In this document: positions 37,943 through 51,433 of the stretch, one piece after another | Layout of the letters: the number at the start of each line of letters is the position of its first letter | How positions within the stretch are numbered: the stretch's first letter is position 1 | Source: Octopus vulgaris | Taxonomy: Eukaryota | Reading direction: 5' to 3' | DNA length: 64,000 nucleotides | NCBI GenBank assembly: GCA_951406725.2 | Contig: OX597820.1 | Coordinates: 3,720,001-3,784,000, forward strand | Made by a program: the position numbers and the translations under genes | Notes under the pieces: model-generated | Database searches by the model: none | Seen by the model: the letters and a program-made list of their open reading frames with translations, nothing else | Told to the model about the DNA's origin: nothing

Positions 37943-38740
37943 TTTAGGGTATTCAGAAAGTAATTGTGTTTTTTCACCCCTATGAAATACAAATCAATCA
38001 ATCACATCAGAGCCAAAGTCGAATGGGCAGGAACTGTCTAAAAATAGTATCTAACTCTGGTGTAGCCAGGCGCACAATTCAGTGCTTATTTAAGAAATAA
38101 CAGGTCTGCAATCACATAAAAGCACCAACCGATCGTGGCCATTGCCAGCCTCCTCTGGCACCTGTGCCAGTGGCACGTAAAAAGCACCCACTACACTCAC
38201 GGAGTGGTTGGCATTAGGAAGGGCATCCAGCTGTAGAAACACTGCCAGAACAGACTGGAGCCTGGTGCAGCCTCCTGGCTTCCCAGACCCCGGTCGAACC
38301 GTTCAATCCATGCTAGCTGGGAAAACGGACGTTAAACAATGATGATGATGATGATGAACCTCAATGACGATAAGAACTTTATGAAGCAAACATATTCACC
38401 ATTGTTTACTGTATGAGTTTCAAAAGAAGAATTCCGTTACAGAAGCAATGGAAAACATTTGTGAAGTGTGTCTGGATGCAGTGAAAGCTCATACATGTCA
38501 GCTGGGGTTTAAAAAGGTTTAAAGATGCCAACTGTAACACATCCGACAAGCTTTGCTCTGGAAGGCAACCCATCTGAATGGTGACCTTTAGAATGAGCCT
38601 GTTTAAAGCATGTCAAAACACCAAAGATTTGGCGCAAAAATTTAATGCGTCATGTTCAACTATCCTTGAAGATTTCAAGCAAATTTAGAAAGCATGCAAA
38701 GAGGGAATTTGGGTTCCACATAAGTTTTACACTTGAGAAC
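37943..38740 (+). mobile_element. 5' half of a decayed mariner element, interrupted by SINE C (38115-38356)
   Basis: HIHHCLLYEFQ..EAMENICEV..AHTCQ.GFK, then SGR.P and GIWVPHK (cf. mariner WVPHEL). Confidence 0.75.
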
Positions 38741-38749
38741 TGAACACAT

Positions 38750-40420
38750 TCCACCATCTGCAGGGAAGTTTACTGTTTGTGAGAAAACTCTGCAAAAGAG
38801 TCTGTAGTTGTTTTGCAAGAGCATTCTTGCATATCTTTTTGAAAGAATTGCTGGAAAGCCATCAGGGCCTGCCACTGAGTTCAAGTCCATCTCACCAATG
38901 CAGAATATTGCATCCTCTTCTTTTATGTAATCAATGGTTTGCCTCTTCCCTGTCTGAATCTACAATGTTGAAGAACTCGTGAGACTTATTTGCATATTTC
39001 CCACAAAAGAAGTGAAAACACTTTGGAATTGTTTATTCTAGATTTCACAAATCCTTCAGAGGTCTGCAACCACTGAGCCATTTTCTTCAAATTAGCCCCT
39101 ATCTTGGTGTGGACTGAGGCAGATTCTTCTGCAAATTTGTTTTTACAATTTCAACTGCCCTGGTTCCTTCTCTTTCTTTCTTTTCTTTTTCACATGAGAA
39201 TCCGAGTGTATTTTTGACCTCTGAAAGTTCCTTTTAGAGGTAGGACATCTCATTATCATTAAGTACATTCGTTAAAGGATTTAACCCTTTAGCGTTTAAA
39301 CTGGCCATATTCTATTGTATTTATTTTCTGTTCAAACTGGCCAGAACTGGCCTCTCACACCTACCTTACAATGTTATTCTAAAAATAAACAATCACATCC
39401 TCAAACTTTTGAATCTACAAGATAATCAATGATTAATTCAGACCAATGTGAATAAATAAGGGTAATATTAAACAGAATAATGTGAATGCTAAATGGTTAA
39501 GTTCTTTTTTCTTTTGTTTCATAAGGACTCTCTTGTCTCAAGGAGTAATGTTTTGGCATTTATTGGATCTTCTCCCTGGGACACATTTAATGCATATGGC
39601 TTGCATTATTGACATAGATCCTTTAAGTTTTATGACAACGTCTTGCAAAGAGAGAGACTTTGGGGCTAGTTTTTTTGAGGATCTCCTTTTGAAGTAATTT
39701 TCGGTCAGCATTGTTAAAGTCTCGGCTGGATAGGATTTGGGGTAGATTCTGTGTGGTGTACATCTTCAGGCAGTTTCAGATCATACATTGTTAATTCTAT
39801 TGTGTTAAGGTCTGGAAGAATTGTTGGCAATATCCTCTCATTGTGGATAACTTGAACATTATTGGTGAAGTGGAGGTCTAGGCTGTTGTTGCTCCTGGTC
39901 TGGTATAGAACTGTTTGTTCCATGAACATCCCCTTCGTGAAATCAATTAGACAATTTGCTTGGTCCTGTTCTTTGCTTGTCATTCCTGAGATCATGTCAT
40001 CTTTTAAGCCATCTAATGTTGGGAAAGTTGAAGAGTACCCATTAGAAGTACATCAGTGTTTTGACCTAGTTTCATTAGTACTTCTTTTCTCATTTTAAAA
40101 CCCCTCAAGTTTTCCATTGAGGGGTCAGGTGGTTGATAGAATTCCCATGTTACCACATCAAGTTGTTTTATATACACCATATGACAACAGAGTCACAGGT
40201 GTGACATCTTCACAGATGTACATTCAACTCTCCTAGGACTTGTTTCTTTTCTGTCTGTACGAAATTTAGCATACTCAGATATGAACATCTCAGCATCATT
40301 TGTGCCTGCAGATTGATGTGTTTCAAAAATGTATGATGAAGAATCTCTTAAATATGAGATTTTGCTTTTGCTGTTGAGCTGCAACAGGCCTCTAATATTT
40401 AACAGGTAATGGTGGCCATC
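38750..40420 (-). mobile_element. Decayed CR1-like LINE, endonuclease-to-RT linker region
   Basis: FETH..NDAE..FRTDR, EQ.V..QTRSNNSLDL.FTNN, and SVAGPDGFPAIL motifs; a MITE is nested at 39285-39496. Confidence 0.7.
39285..39496. mobile_element. ~215-bp TTAA MITE family; other copies at 32485-32706, 44241-44463, 60320-60539, and a related element at ~52028-52157
   Basis: TTAA|CCCTTTAGC...GCTAAA(G/T)GG|TTAA termini with a shared interior (CCTCTCACACCTACC..ATGATTAATTCA..GTGAATAAATA). Confidence 0.8.
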
Positions 40421-43323
40421 CTGGGTCTATTATTTGTGTTATGAGTAGTTTTAGGTCTTTTCTGATTTTCAAACTGTTGTATGTAGTTTTAGATTTATAC
40501 TCGATCTTTTCTGATCTACGCTAATTTTCAATTATATTCATAAATACCAATATTGACTTCTAACATTGGCTCAGAACTTTAACGTCAAGTGGGGAGTACA
40601 GTTGAATATATGAACCCCAATATTTCACTGGTACTTGATTCTATTAGCTCTGGAATGATGAAAGCTAAAGTCAACCCCAGCAAGACATATTATGTAATAC
40701 CCTTTCTACTAAACACACAAGGGCTGAAATTAGGGGAGAGGATAGCCGATAGTATACAATGTAATGTCGACTGAATACAGATACAGAGAAGTAAAAATTT
40801 TGAACAATTTCCTTATTCATATCTTAAAGGTTCAGTGATGAAATTAGTCAGCCATGTGATTCAGACGTTTTCTTATCATGCAACTGGTTCTCAGTTCACT
40901 CTTACCGTGCAGCACTTTCTGAAAATGCCTTCAAGTAGCCCTTAGTTGGCCAGTGCTGTGGGACTAGAATTTGGTAGATAAAAACAGAGCCCAAGCCTGT
41001 TGTGTTCACACACACACACACACACACACAAGTGAGTGGACAAATGAAAGAAAATGGTACTTAATACATTTTGGTAGGAGATACACTTATTGTTTAATAA
41101 CAGTTTGACTCAGCCCCATGCAGAATAACCCTGCCTTGTTAGACATCTTCACAACAGTAAATGAATATGGAACAAATTCAAGATGACTTCTAGATGCTAG
41201 GTTTCTATTGGTCAATTCAGGTCATGTGGTGTTATTAGTCTGAAAATGGCATCAGTTTTTTTTCCTTTATTCAGATGCTACTAAATATATACCATACCAT
41301 AGCTTCCAGACATAACGGCGACACCTACCTATCAACATCCTGTTTGAGCATGTGGACCTAAAAATAAAAAAAAGAATTGATTCTGTGTGTGTATATATAA
41401 TTATATATATATATATATGTTATCATCATCGTTTAATATCTCCTTTCTATGCTGATATATATATATATATGATAAACAAGTTTAAAATAATGGTCTTTAC
41501 ATATAAATTCCTTTATTGGAGCGAATCTGGCTTACGGCTGTTTCCAGTAGTCATTATAGGTACACTACCGATAGGTTTACTTGGTTGGTCTATTGATCAA
41601 CTGAGGCCAATTGAACGACCTAACAAAATTGATGCTGCTTTTGTGAGTACCATTTCTGGAAATTTTGTTAACCTGGTGTGCCATCAAAGAACTCATGAAG
41701 TATCTTGTCCAGATTGATAATCCAAAGGTCCTTCCTGGACCATAGGCTCATAAGCTGGTTTCTTGGATTGGATTCTGTGGTGTATATACCCTGCCTCTGC
41801 CTGGGACAGGATGCCAGTCCACTGCAGGATTACTCATTCCTGCCAGCTGAGTGGACTGGAGTAACGTGAGATGAAGGTTTTGCTCAAGAACATAATGCAC
41901 TGTGCTCAGTCCAGGAATCATCATCATCATCATCATCATCATCGTTTAATGTCCGCCTTCCATGCTAGCATGGGTTGAACAGTTCAACTGGGGTCTGGGA
42001 TGCCAGAAGGCTGCACCAGGCCCAGTCTGATCTGGCAGTGTTTCTACGGCTGGATGCCCTTCCTAACGCCAACCACTCCGTGAGTGTAGTGGGTGCTTTT
42101 TACGTGCCACCGGCACAGGTGCCAGATGAGGCTGGCAATGGCTACAATCGGTTGGTGCTTTTTACGTGCCACCGGCACAGAGGCCAGTCGAGGCGGCACT
42201 GGCAACGGCCACGTTTGGATGGTTCTTTTACGTGCCACTGGCACTGGTATCACAACTACAATTTCCATTGATTTTTGATCGAATCAAAATCACAATCTTA
42301 TGATCATGTTTGCCACACCCTAACCACTAAGCCATGTGCCTACACTCACACATACATACACACACACATGTATGCATGTGTATGTGTGTGCATGCATGTT
42401 GTATGCACATGTGTGCATTTATGTTTACCAGTGTTAGCCGGTGTCAGCCGGTGTTGGCATTCATCCTTTGTGTCATATGCTTTACTTAGCAATTTGATAA
42501 ACAAAGATTGATAAATTGATAAAATATGAACCAGACAGAAATAGCTATTAGGACCAACACAGCACACCAACACCATTGTGAGTGGAGTCCCACTGTAACT
42601 GCGGTCCAGGGACTGAAGCTATTAAAAGAAAATATTTGTGGTGTTGTGAGTGTGCATGTGTGCATTTAATCGCATATCATAAACAATTATTCGTATCTAT
42701 TGAGAAGTACCATCTGTCTCCATAAAATAAATTTTTCTTGAATGAGGGTCCTTAAAAAAATGTGATAAATATTTCTTATTTCCTTCTTTCTAATGTTATT
42801 TGTTTATGTAGATATCATAAACAGTTGATACTTTCCTATGGAATGTAAATAAGTTTTATCTCTGAGGGAAAAATGTTCCTCATAACACACTGTCTCACAT
42901 GTACTGCTTCTGGCGTTTTGCATTATGACTATTCCTCATTTCAAACTTTAACTGAGACCTTCAACTTTAAAAAAAAAGAATACATAAATTCAGTGAAAGA
43001 ATCGTTTCATTTGTAAATATTAATTTGATATAATTTTATTCTGTATTTCAAGTTCAGTGTGACATAAAGCAAAAACACTTGTGTTGTACATGATGACATA
43101 AAAGTTTTCACTTGATCGACCTGGCTAAGACAGCCATTTATGGTCTATGTCTGTTTTCCATTTTTTGTGGAACAGAAGCTTCCTGCTAGACTGACCCACT
43201 GTAACATGTACTGAAGGGTCTTCTCTTACTGTGCCATACTCCAAGGTTCAGAAGTGTCTGCTCCACTCTTCTCTTTGTAAGTTAATTGCACGCTCCAATG
43301 CACATGATATTAACCTGTACTCC

Positions 43324-43544
43324 AAAGTGGCAAGCTGACAGAATCATTAGCAAAATGCTTAGCGGTATTTCGTCTGCTGCTACGTTCTGAGTTCAAATTC
43401 CGCTGAGGTTGATTTTTGCCTTTCATTCTTTCGGGGCCAATAAATTAAATACCAGTTAAACACTGGGGTCAATGTAATCGACTAGTCCTCTCTCCCCACC
43501 AAATTTCAGTCCTTGTACCTATAGTAGAAAGGATTCTTCTTCTT

Positions 43545-43643
<99 letters not shown>

Positions 43644-43900
43644 GTTGTTATTATTATTATTATTATTATCATTATTATTATTATTAAGGTGGTGAGCTGG
43701 CAAAATCGTTATCACGCTGAGCAAAATGCCTAGTGGTATTTCCTCTGCTGCTACATTCTGAGTTCAAATTCTGCTGAGGTCAACTTTACCTTTCATCCTT
43801 TCAGGGTCGATAAATTAAGTACCAGTCAAGTACTGGGGTTGATTATGATCGATTGTCCCCCTCCCTACAAAAATCCAGGCCTTGTGCCTATAGTAAAAAA
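43324..43900 (+). mobile_element. Tandem pair of SINE A copies joined by (CTT)n(ATT)n, inside one 18-bp TSD
   Basis: GATATTAACCTGTACTCC at 43306 and GATATTAACCTGCACTCC at 43901. Confidence 0.8.
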
Positions 43901-44876
43901 GATATTAACCTGCACTCCTTAACTTTGCACATACAACTCAATCACCCTATGATAACCATACCCTGCTTGAATAATGAATGAGCTCATCTCTGAATGGAGA
44001 ATGACAATTCAGTCTCCCTCAGTAGCATAGAGGTACAGTCACTTCACATATTAAGCAAAAAGACTTGTATTTCATCCTTTTTTGATCTCAGACAACATAA
44101 AAAAGTCTTTACTGTCCTCTACATTTGTTTTCACTTTACATTCTGTGATCTTCCACGGTGTCGTCCTCTCAAATAGCATTGCAAAAGCTTACTTTACAAA
44201 GACTAAGACCATTCCTCTTTATGGTCAGTAATATATTTTACCCTTTAGCATTTGCACCAGTGATATCTGATCAAAATATATGCTGTCTGCTTTATACCCA
44301 AGCTAGCCTGGTCCTGCCTCTTACACCTACCCTAAACTATCAGTGTAAAAATAAATAATCACATTATTGAAATCTCAAAGCTGGGGGGATAATGCATGAT
44401 TAATTCAGAACGATGTGAATAAATAGGGATTATGTTTGGCAGAGTAATCTGAACCGAAAAGGATTAAACAGAAATGAGCAAAGACAAATAAGTGAGAATG
44501 GTCAGTGGGATGTATTTGGACAACATAGACAAATACAGGTATGTCAAATACCATACAACATTAATCCCCAGTTTATAAAAACTATCTCTACCTCCAGACG
44601 ATGTGTTATAATTATCAAACAGTAATTAAGATCAGCTCCAGGTGAGGAGGGGAGAGATCATCTCAAGAATCAAGAATTCTCCAAAAGTTGAGATGCCACT
44701 AAGGGAACGGACCAGCTTATTGTCTGGAGATAAGAGGACAGTCTTGGACAGGTGTTTCGGTCTCAATAGCCACCAGAACAATAATTGTCCAGATATACTT
44801 AAGTCCTGATCAATTAATGAGTATTTATGTAGCTCAAAAATACTGACACATTAGATTGCTGTTAACATAAATAGTG

Positions 44877-45198
44877 AAGGTGTGTGGCTTAGTGGTTAGA
44901 GTATTCAGCTCATGATTGTAAGGTCATGAGTTCAATTCCTGGCAATGCACTGCGTCCTTGAGCAAGACACTTCATTTCACATTGCTCCAGTCCACTCAGC
45001 TGGCAAAAATGAGTAGTACCTGCATTTCAAAGGGACCAAATTTGTCGCATTCTGTGTCACACTGAATCTCCCTGAGAACTATGTTAAGGGTACATGTGTC
45101 TGTGGAGTACTCAGCCACTTGCACCGTTAATTTCACAAGCGAGCTGTTCCGTTGATCGTATCAGCTGGGATCCTTGTCGTAACCGACAGAGTGCTCCT
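44877..45198 (+). mobile_element. tRNA-derived SINE family D; related copies at ~11950-12080, 41745-41915, 63775-63975
   Basis: A-box TGGCTTAGTGG, B-box GAGTTCAATTCC, then TCCTTGAGCAAGACACTTCATTTCACATTGCTCCAGTCCACTCAGCTG. Confidence 0.75.
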
Positions 45199-46189
45199 TT
45201 TTAACATAAATAAGACAGTGCTGCTGCAATATACGCAAATATCCACATCCAAAAGAAGGCTAATTATCTAACGATTGGTAATGATTTACCCACAACATGA
45301 TAGTCCAAGCACCGGTTCATAAGACACAGCCTCCTCTCATCGTCTCTTCTATTGTTTCTGCTGCAGCATCTGCTTTCCTTTCACTCATTTATCTCTTTCC
45401 GTCACCCTCACATTGCAGATCCTGCAGGAAATACTGTTCCAGTATGTTGTGTAATGAGAAGGAGTTCCAAAAACTGTATTTCCTGCAGGATCTGGAAGTT
45501 TCCAATTCACAAGAATTTGAATTTCCAATTCACATTTTCCCCTGCAGACAGTGACCCATGCATGTTCAAATTCCCCCAGCTGCTGAGAACCTCCTCCTCC
45601 CATCATCATCACCATCATCATCCTCTTTCTCCCCCTCTTCCACCCACCTTCTCCCCGCCTCCTCCTCCTCATCCCATCACCATCATCATCTTCCTCCTCC
45701 TCTTCCGCCCCCTCTTCCACCCACCTCCTCTGCCCACATCCTCCTCCTCCTCTAGCTATCTTATGTAAAAAAAAACCTAAAAAGAAAAGAAAAAAATCAT
45801 CGCAGGAAAGTAAGAATGGTTTTTGTTATTTTCCAGTTCTTCAAAGTAAGTCTCAGGAAAATAGCTGAGAGCTGACACACTCTTCAAATATTAAATTGAT
45901 TACCAATAACATTGTGTTGTGCCATGTCAGCTCTGAGTGAGAAGATTATGATTAAAGAATTATGATTAGTAATCAATTTGTCTTATTTTCAAGACTATTC
46001 CATTCAATGCCAAAGGGTCGTTTCTTTTTAAAAGTAGTGTGTGAATTTGGGAGAATTTTGGCTCCTATTTCTAGCAGTTCCTTCATTGACTTCCTAGAAG
46101 AACAATTTTGTGGTCTTGTCTGAGAATCTTACATTAAAAACTTTTAATTTCATGTTTTTAAAGCAATTGGTGATTAATTCAGCTCCAGC

Positions 46190-46400
46190 TCCACCTCCTC
46201 TGCCTCCTCCTCCCCTTCCTCTGCCTCCTCCTCTTCCTCTGCCACCTCTTCTTCCCCTGCCTCTTCCTCCTCCCCTTCTTCTGCCTCTTCCTCCTCCTCC
46301 CCTTCCTCTGCCTCCTCCCCTTCCTTTGCCTCCTCCTCTTACTCTGCCTTCTCCTCTTACTCTGCCTTCTCCTCTTCCTCCGCCTCCTCCTCCTGTATCC
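46190..46400. repeat. Polypyrimidine (CCT)-derived tract; similar tract at ~45590-45752
   Basis: Directly visible; explains the poly-Pro and poly-Gly/Arg ORFs. Confidence 0.9.
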
Positions 46401-48509
46401 TCTCTATGGCCAGACACTAGTGCTTGTCCCTCTATCATACTTTACCTTCTCAACATTTGGCATAAAGCAACCTCCCTCCTCCTCCTCCTCAAATACTCCC
46501 TCGCTCTTAGCCAAGAGGGTTTCTTCCTTTCTCTTGTTCTTGCAAGTTACATGGCAACCTCACTAGTGTCAGCCTGAAAGAAGCACTCAGTACAATTTGT
46601 AAACTGTGGTTGGCATTAGGGAGTGCATCCAATTGTAGAAACCATGCCACAGCAGGCATGGGAGTTCAATGCAGCCGTGTGACTTGCTGGGATCCTATCT
46701 AACCATTCAACCCATGCCAGCATGGAAAACAGATGCTAAATGATGATGATGATGATGATGATGATGAAGGCAGAAATTTATTCCTCATTTAATTGCTAGC
46801 CAAGGGTTTATGTTCATAGGCCAAAGTATTTTTAGGATCAGCGCAATAGAATAAGCCTGTTTCATTGATCTTGTAAACCTGTGGTCAAATAAAAGCTCTC
46901 ACATCTCTTTATAGATTTTCTAAATGGCTGAACTTGTGAAGTGTTAGTATTTAAAGATTTACCTCTGGTTTTCTTGTTTACAATAAAATACCTTTTTTTC
47001 CTAAAATGCCCCAGCCATTCATCTTTTGCTTGAACATGGATTTCCATGTCATTTCCAAGAGTTTCATGAGAATATTTCATGCAACCAGATAGTTTTTTTC
47101 CATCAAAAAGTGTTGTTGTCGCGAATTATTTTTTAACATTCTCATACACAACAAAACAACAACAACGACACCAACAACGCATAAAGTAATTCAATAACAA
47201 CGCAAAAAACCCAATCCAACAGCAACAACAACAACAACAACATCTCTGATGGAAACATGTTGGTCACCAACGTGAAAGCAGTGACAGGTTGATAAAGTGA
47301 AACTGATACCTCAGCAAAGATAGCCATCTTTCAATTTATAACTCTCCAAGACTTCTCTTGTCTTCTTTACATCCTCCACCCCCACCCCCACCACCGCCGC
47401 CTCCTCCTCTATAAACATTCTCTCTCATCCTTTCTTGCTTTTATCTCAGTCATTCTTTAACCTATTTACCAACCGCTTCTGTAACGGTTCCTCATTTTTC
47501 CCTATTTCATTTCTCTTTCCTTTTTCATCTATTCTATGCTTTATTCTCTTCCCCACCCTTTCCTATCGAACAGTTTCTCCTCTTCTCTCTCTTCCTTTCC
47601 ATGTCTGTCTGTCCGTCTCTCTTTCTCAAAAAATATCCGTCCATTAAACCAGGATCTCTTAATCCGAGGGTCTACTTAAAGCATGTTTATTGATCGAACC
47701 ACAAAAGAAATGTTGGTAATTGACTAAAATACAAGGATGAAATTATTGGAAAAAAATTGTGATTAATGTTAAAGGAAGTTCCGGATCTGTGTAGTTCATT
47801 AGGATCAAGAATTATATCTATTGTTTTAGAAATAGTCTACAAGCCAGCAAGTCGTAATATCTCTTGTAATAAGCCATTGATAATATCCAGATGTTACCGG
47901 TTGAGCGAGTGGCCTTTTCTGGATGCAGCTTATGAGGTTGTTTATTGTTGTTGTTTGTGGATACACTTGAACAATAAAATGGCGCTGACAAGTTTTAACA
48001 TGGTGAATATGTTATAGTCTTGCATGACCGACTTTAGTTCATTTTATTCCATTAAGTATCCGATTTGTTTTCTGACTGACAGAGATTGGGATTTAGATAT
48101 GCAGAAGCTATTCACAGGCATGGCTTTATGAATAAAAAGATTACTTTGCAACCGTGTGGTTTTGGGTTCAATCCCACTCTACAGCATCTTGGGCAAGTGT
48201 CTTCTGCTATAGCCTGGGTTTGACCAATGCATTCTGAGTGAATTTAATAGATGGAAACTGTACGGAAGCCTGCCATATACATACGTGCATATTTATATAT
48301 ATATATGTATATTTCTTTCATTTTCTTTCATTTAATTCAGTCATTTGACTGAAGCCAAGCTGGAGCACCATCCTTAGTCAAACAAATCGACCTCAGGACT
48401 TATTCTTTGTAAGCCTAGTACTTACTCTATAGGTCTCTTTTTGTCAAACTGCTAAGTTATGGGTACATAAACATACCAACATCGGTTGTAAAGCAATGGA
48501 GGTGGGGGA

Positions 48510-48547
<38 letters not shown>

Positions 48548-48715
48548 ACGGGCTTCTTTCAGTTTCTGTCTACGACATCCACTCACAAGGCTTTGGTTGG
48601 CCCGAGGCTATAACAAAAGACACTTGCTTAAGGTGCCACACAGTGGGACTGAACCTGGAACCATGTGGTTGGGAAGCAAGCTTCTCACCACACAACCACT
48701 CTTGCACCTATATAC

Positions 48716-48750
<35 letters not shown>

Positions 48751-48799
48751 TATATGTGTATAGATAGATAGATGAATAGATGTGTATGTGTGTGCACAC

Positions 48800-48831
<32 letters not shown>

Positions 48832-49871
48832 GTGTGTGTGTATCTTTGTGTTTGTCTCTTGTGACAGCATTCTTTATGTCTATGTAGCTTAGAGGTTCAG
48901 CAATAGTGACCAACAGAGAAAGTATCGAGCTTGAAATCTAAATACTGGGGTCCGTTTGTTCAAGTACACCCTTCGAGGTGGTGCCCCAGCATGGTCACAG
49001 TCCAATGACTGAAACAAGCAAAAAACAAAAGATTAAAAAGATTAAAAGAGTATTTTTTTGTTCTTACGTCAGTATATAGATGTGTAGGGGTTCAGAAAAT
49101 ATATTTAAGCTTAAAAACAGGGATTTAGAAAGCTACATCAATGTAGCAGAGGTAAGATCAAATACATATAAAGGTGGCGAGCTGGCAGAATCATTAGCAC
49201 ACCAGGTGAAATGCTTAGCGCTATTTCGTCTGTCTTTATGTTCTGAGTTCAAATTCCGCGCAGGTCGACTTTGCCTTTCATCTTTTCGGGGTTGTTAAAT
49301 TAAGTACCAGTTGCGTACTGGGGTTGATCTAATTGACTGGCCCCACACTCCAAAAATTTCGGGCCTTGTGCCTAGAGTAGAAAAGAAGATTAAATATACA
49401 GGTCGTCTGTGATGTTCAACCCTCGGTCAGCCTGACTCAGCAGACCAAAATGATCAATAATGATCAAAAGTGTTTCAGCCATGACCATCAATCGGGTATT
49501 ATGCATTTCACGTGCTTACTGTTACCTTCTCTGGTGTGCACTCAGATATAGAAGGTGGAAGGTCTAATTTGAGTGAAGTTTAGTTGCTATTTCTAGCAGG
49601 TCACCTAACCATGTACATCCATCCTGATCAGCTTGTTATGCTTTGATATTTAGAAATGCAATTTCTATACAACACCATTGGCAAGACTCTCTCGTGAGCG
49701 GCATTCAGCTCTTGAAGCTATTGTGGACAATTCCCTGGATAGAACTGGCTTTTCTGAAAACATTATTCTCTAGGGATGCAAACATAGAGGATATATGTTT
49801 GTGTGTATATATATATATATGATATGTGTGTGTGTGTGTGTGCATGTATGTTTTTTTTACACACACACACC

Positions 49872-49942
<71 letters not shown>

Positions 49943-49988
49943 TTCTAGCACTAGAGTTAACATATTCAAAGTTGGCTCTCTTATATTT

Positions 49989-50041
<53 letters not shown>

Positions 50042-50198
50042 CACACATACATACATATATGTATATATATGTATATTTGAGCACTTCTTTTGCAGTCCTG
50101 TAAACCCTTTTGTTTCTATTGGAAGAGACAAATATTATTTCTTGTTGTATACATATATGTGTATATATGTAAATGTACATGCATATGAATGTGTGTAT

Positions 50199-50230
<32 letters not shown>

Positions 50231-50304
50231 TTTTATTATTATCATTATTATCATTATTATCATTATTATTATTATTATTACTATTACTATTATTATTATT
50301 ATTA

Positions 50305-50650
50305 TTATTGTTACTTTTTTTTTTTCTTCTTCAAATTTGCTTCCATTTCTTGCCGAGTGTCTTCCACGACTCCTAGGCAAAGAAACTCATAGTATACATT
50401 GGTAGGCCATTAAACCAAACTCAATAGTTCGTTCATTTTTTTAATTTTTTTTTTAAGTTAAATTAAAATACATGAGCAGCAACAGTTCTCACATCGACAA
50501 TGCTCTTCTCAATACGTGTGATGTACCAGTTAAGACAATCTTTTGCACTTCTTGCAGGGATGGTAAGCCAGGGATCATTCTCATATAATTTTCAGTTCCC
50601 TTCTTGATCATTCCTAGTGCTCCTACGATCACTGGTATTGTAACCGCCTT
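50305..50650 (-). mobile_element. Dong/R4-like RLE LINE 3' fragment flanked by (TAA)n
   Basis: Minus strand reads KAVTIPVIVGALGMIKKGTENYMRMIPGLPSLQEVQKIVLTGTSHVLRRALSM*, followed by a 3' UTR. Confidence 0.8.
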
Positions 50651-51092
50651 TTATTATTATTATTATTATTATTACTTTTTTTTCTTTTTCTTTCAAATCT
50701 TCTTCCATTTCTTGCACTGCAGCCTCTTCACCAGCACACTCTTTAGCACGTACACTCACTCATTCGTACACTCATACACATACACGCACGCACGCGTTAT
50801 ATTCATACATACATACATCTACATAACCCCGAATCAACCCGGGACCTACATATATATATATATATATACATATACACACATACATACATATATGTATATG
50901 TGATGTACCAGTTAAGACAATCTTTTGCACTTCTTGCAGGGATGGTAAGCCAGGGATCAAATATTATTTCTTGTTGTATACATATATGTGTATATATGTA
51001 AATGTACATGCATATGAATGTGTGTATGTAATAATAATAATAATAATAATAATAGTAGGTCTTTATATATTTCAATGAGTAGGTCTTTATTA

Positions 51093-51210
<118 letters not shown>

Positions 51211-51338
51211 TATTATTATTATTATTATTATTATTATTTGCCTTGAGATGCCACATTTTCTCAATTTCAATGAGTAGGTCTTTATATATTTCAATGAGTA
51301 GGTCTTTATATTTTATTATTATTATTATTATTATTATT

Positions 51339-51433
<95 letters not shown>

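Noticed and set aside
44877-44950. tRNA gene
   Set aside because: A and B boxes are present but the cloverleaf is degenerate and runs into a multi-copy SINE body.
46094-46577. RGG-rich or proline-rich protein
   Set aside because: Product of a (CCT)-derived low-complexity tract with no splice or homology support.
46862-47080. Neuropeptide precursor (KKR/KR sites)
   Set aside because: No signal peptide, an in-frame stop shortly upstream, and basic pairs are expected in A-rich DNA.
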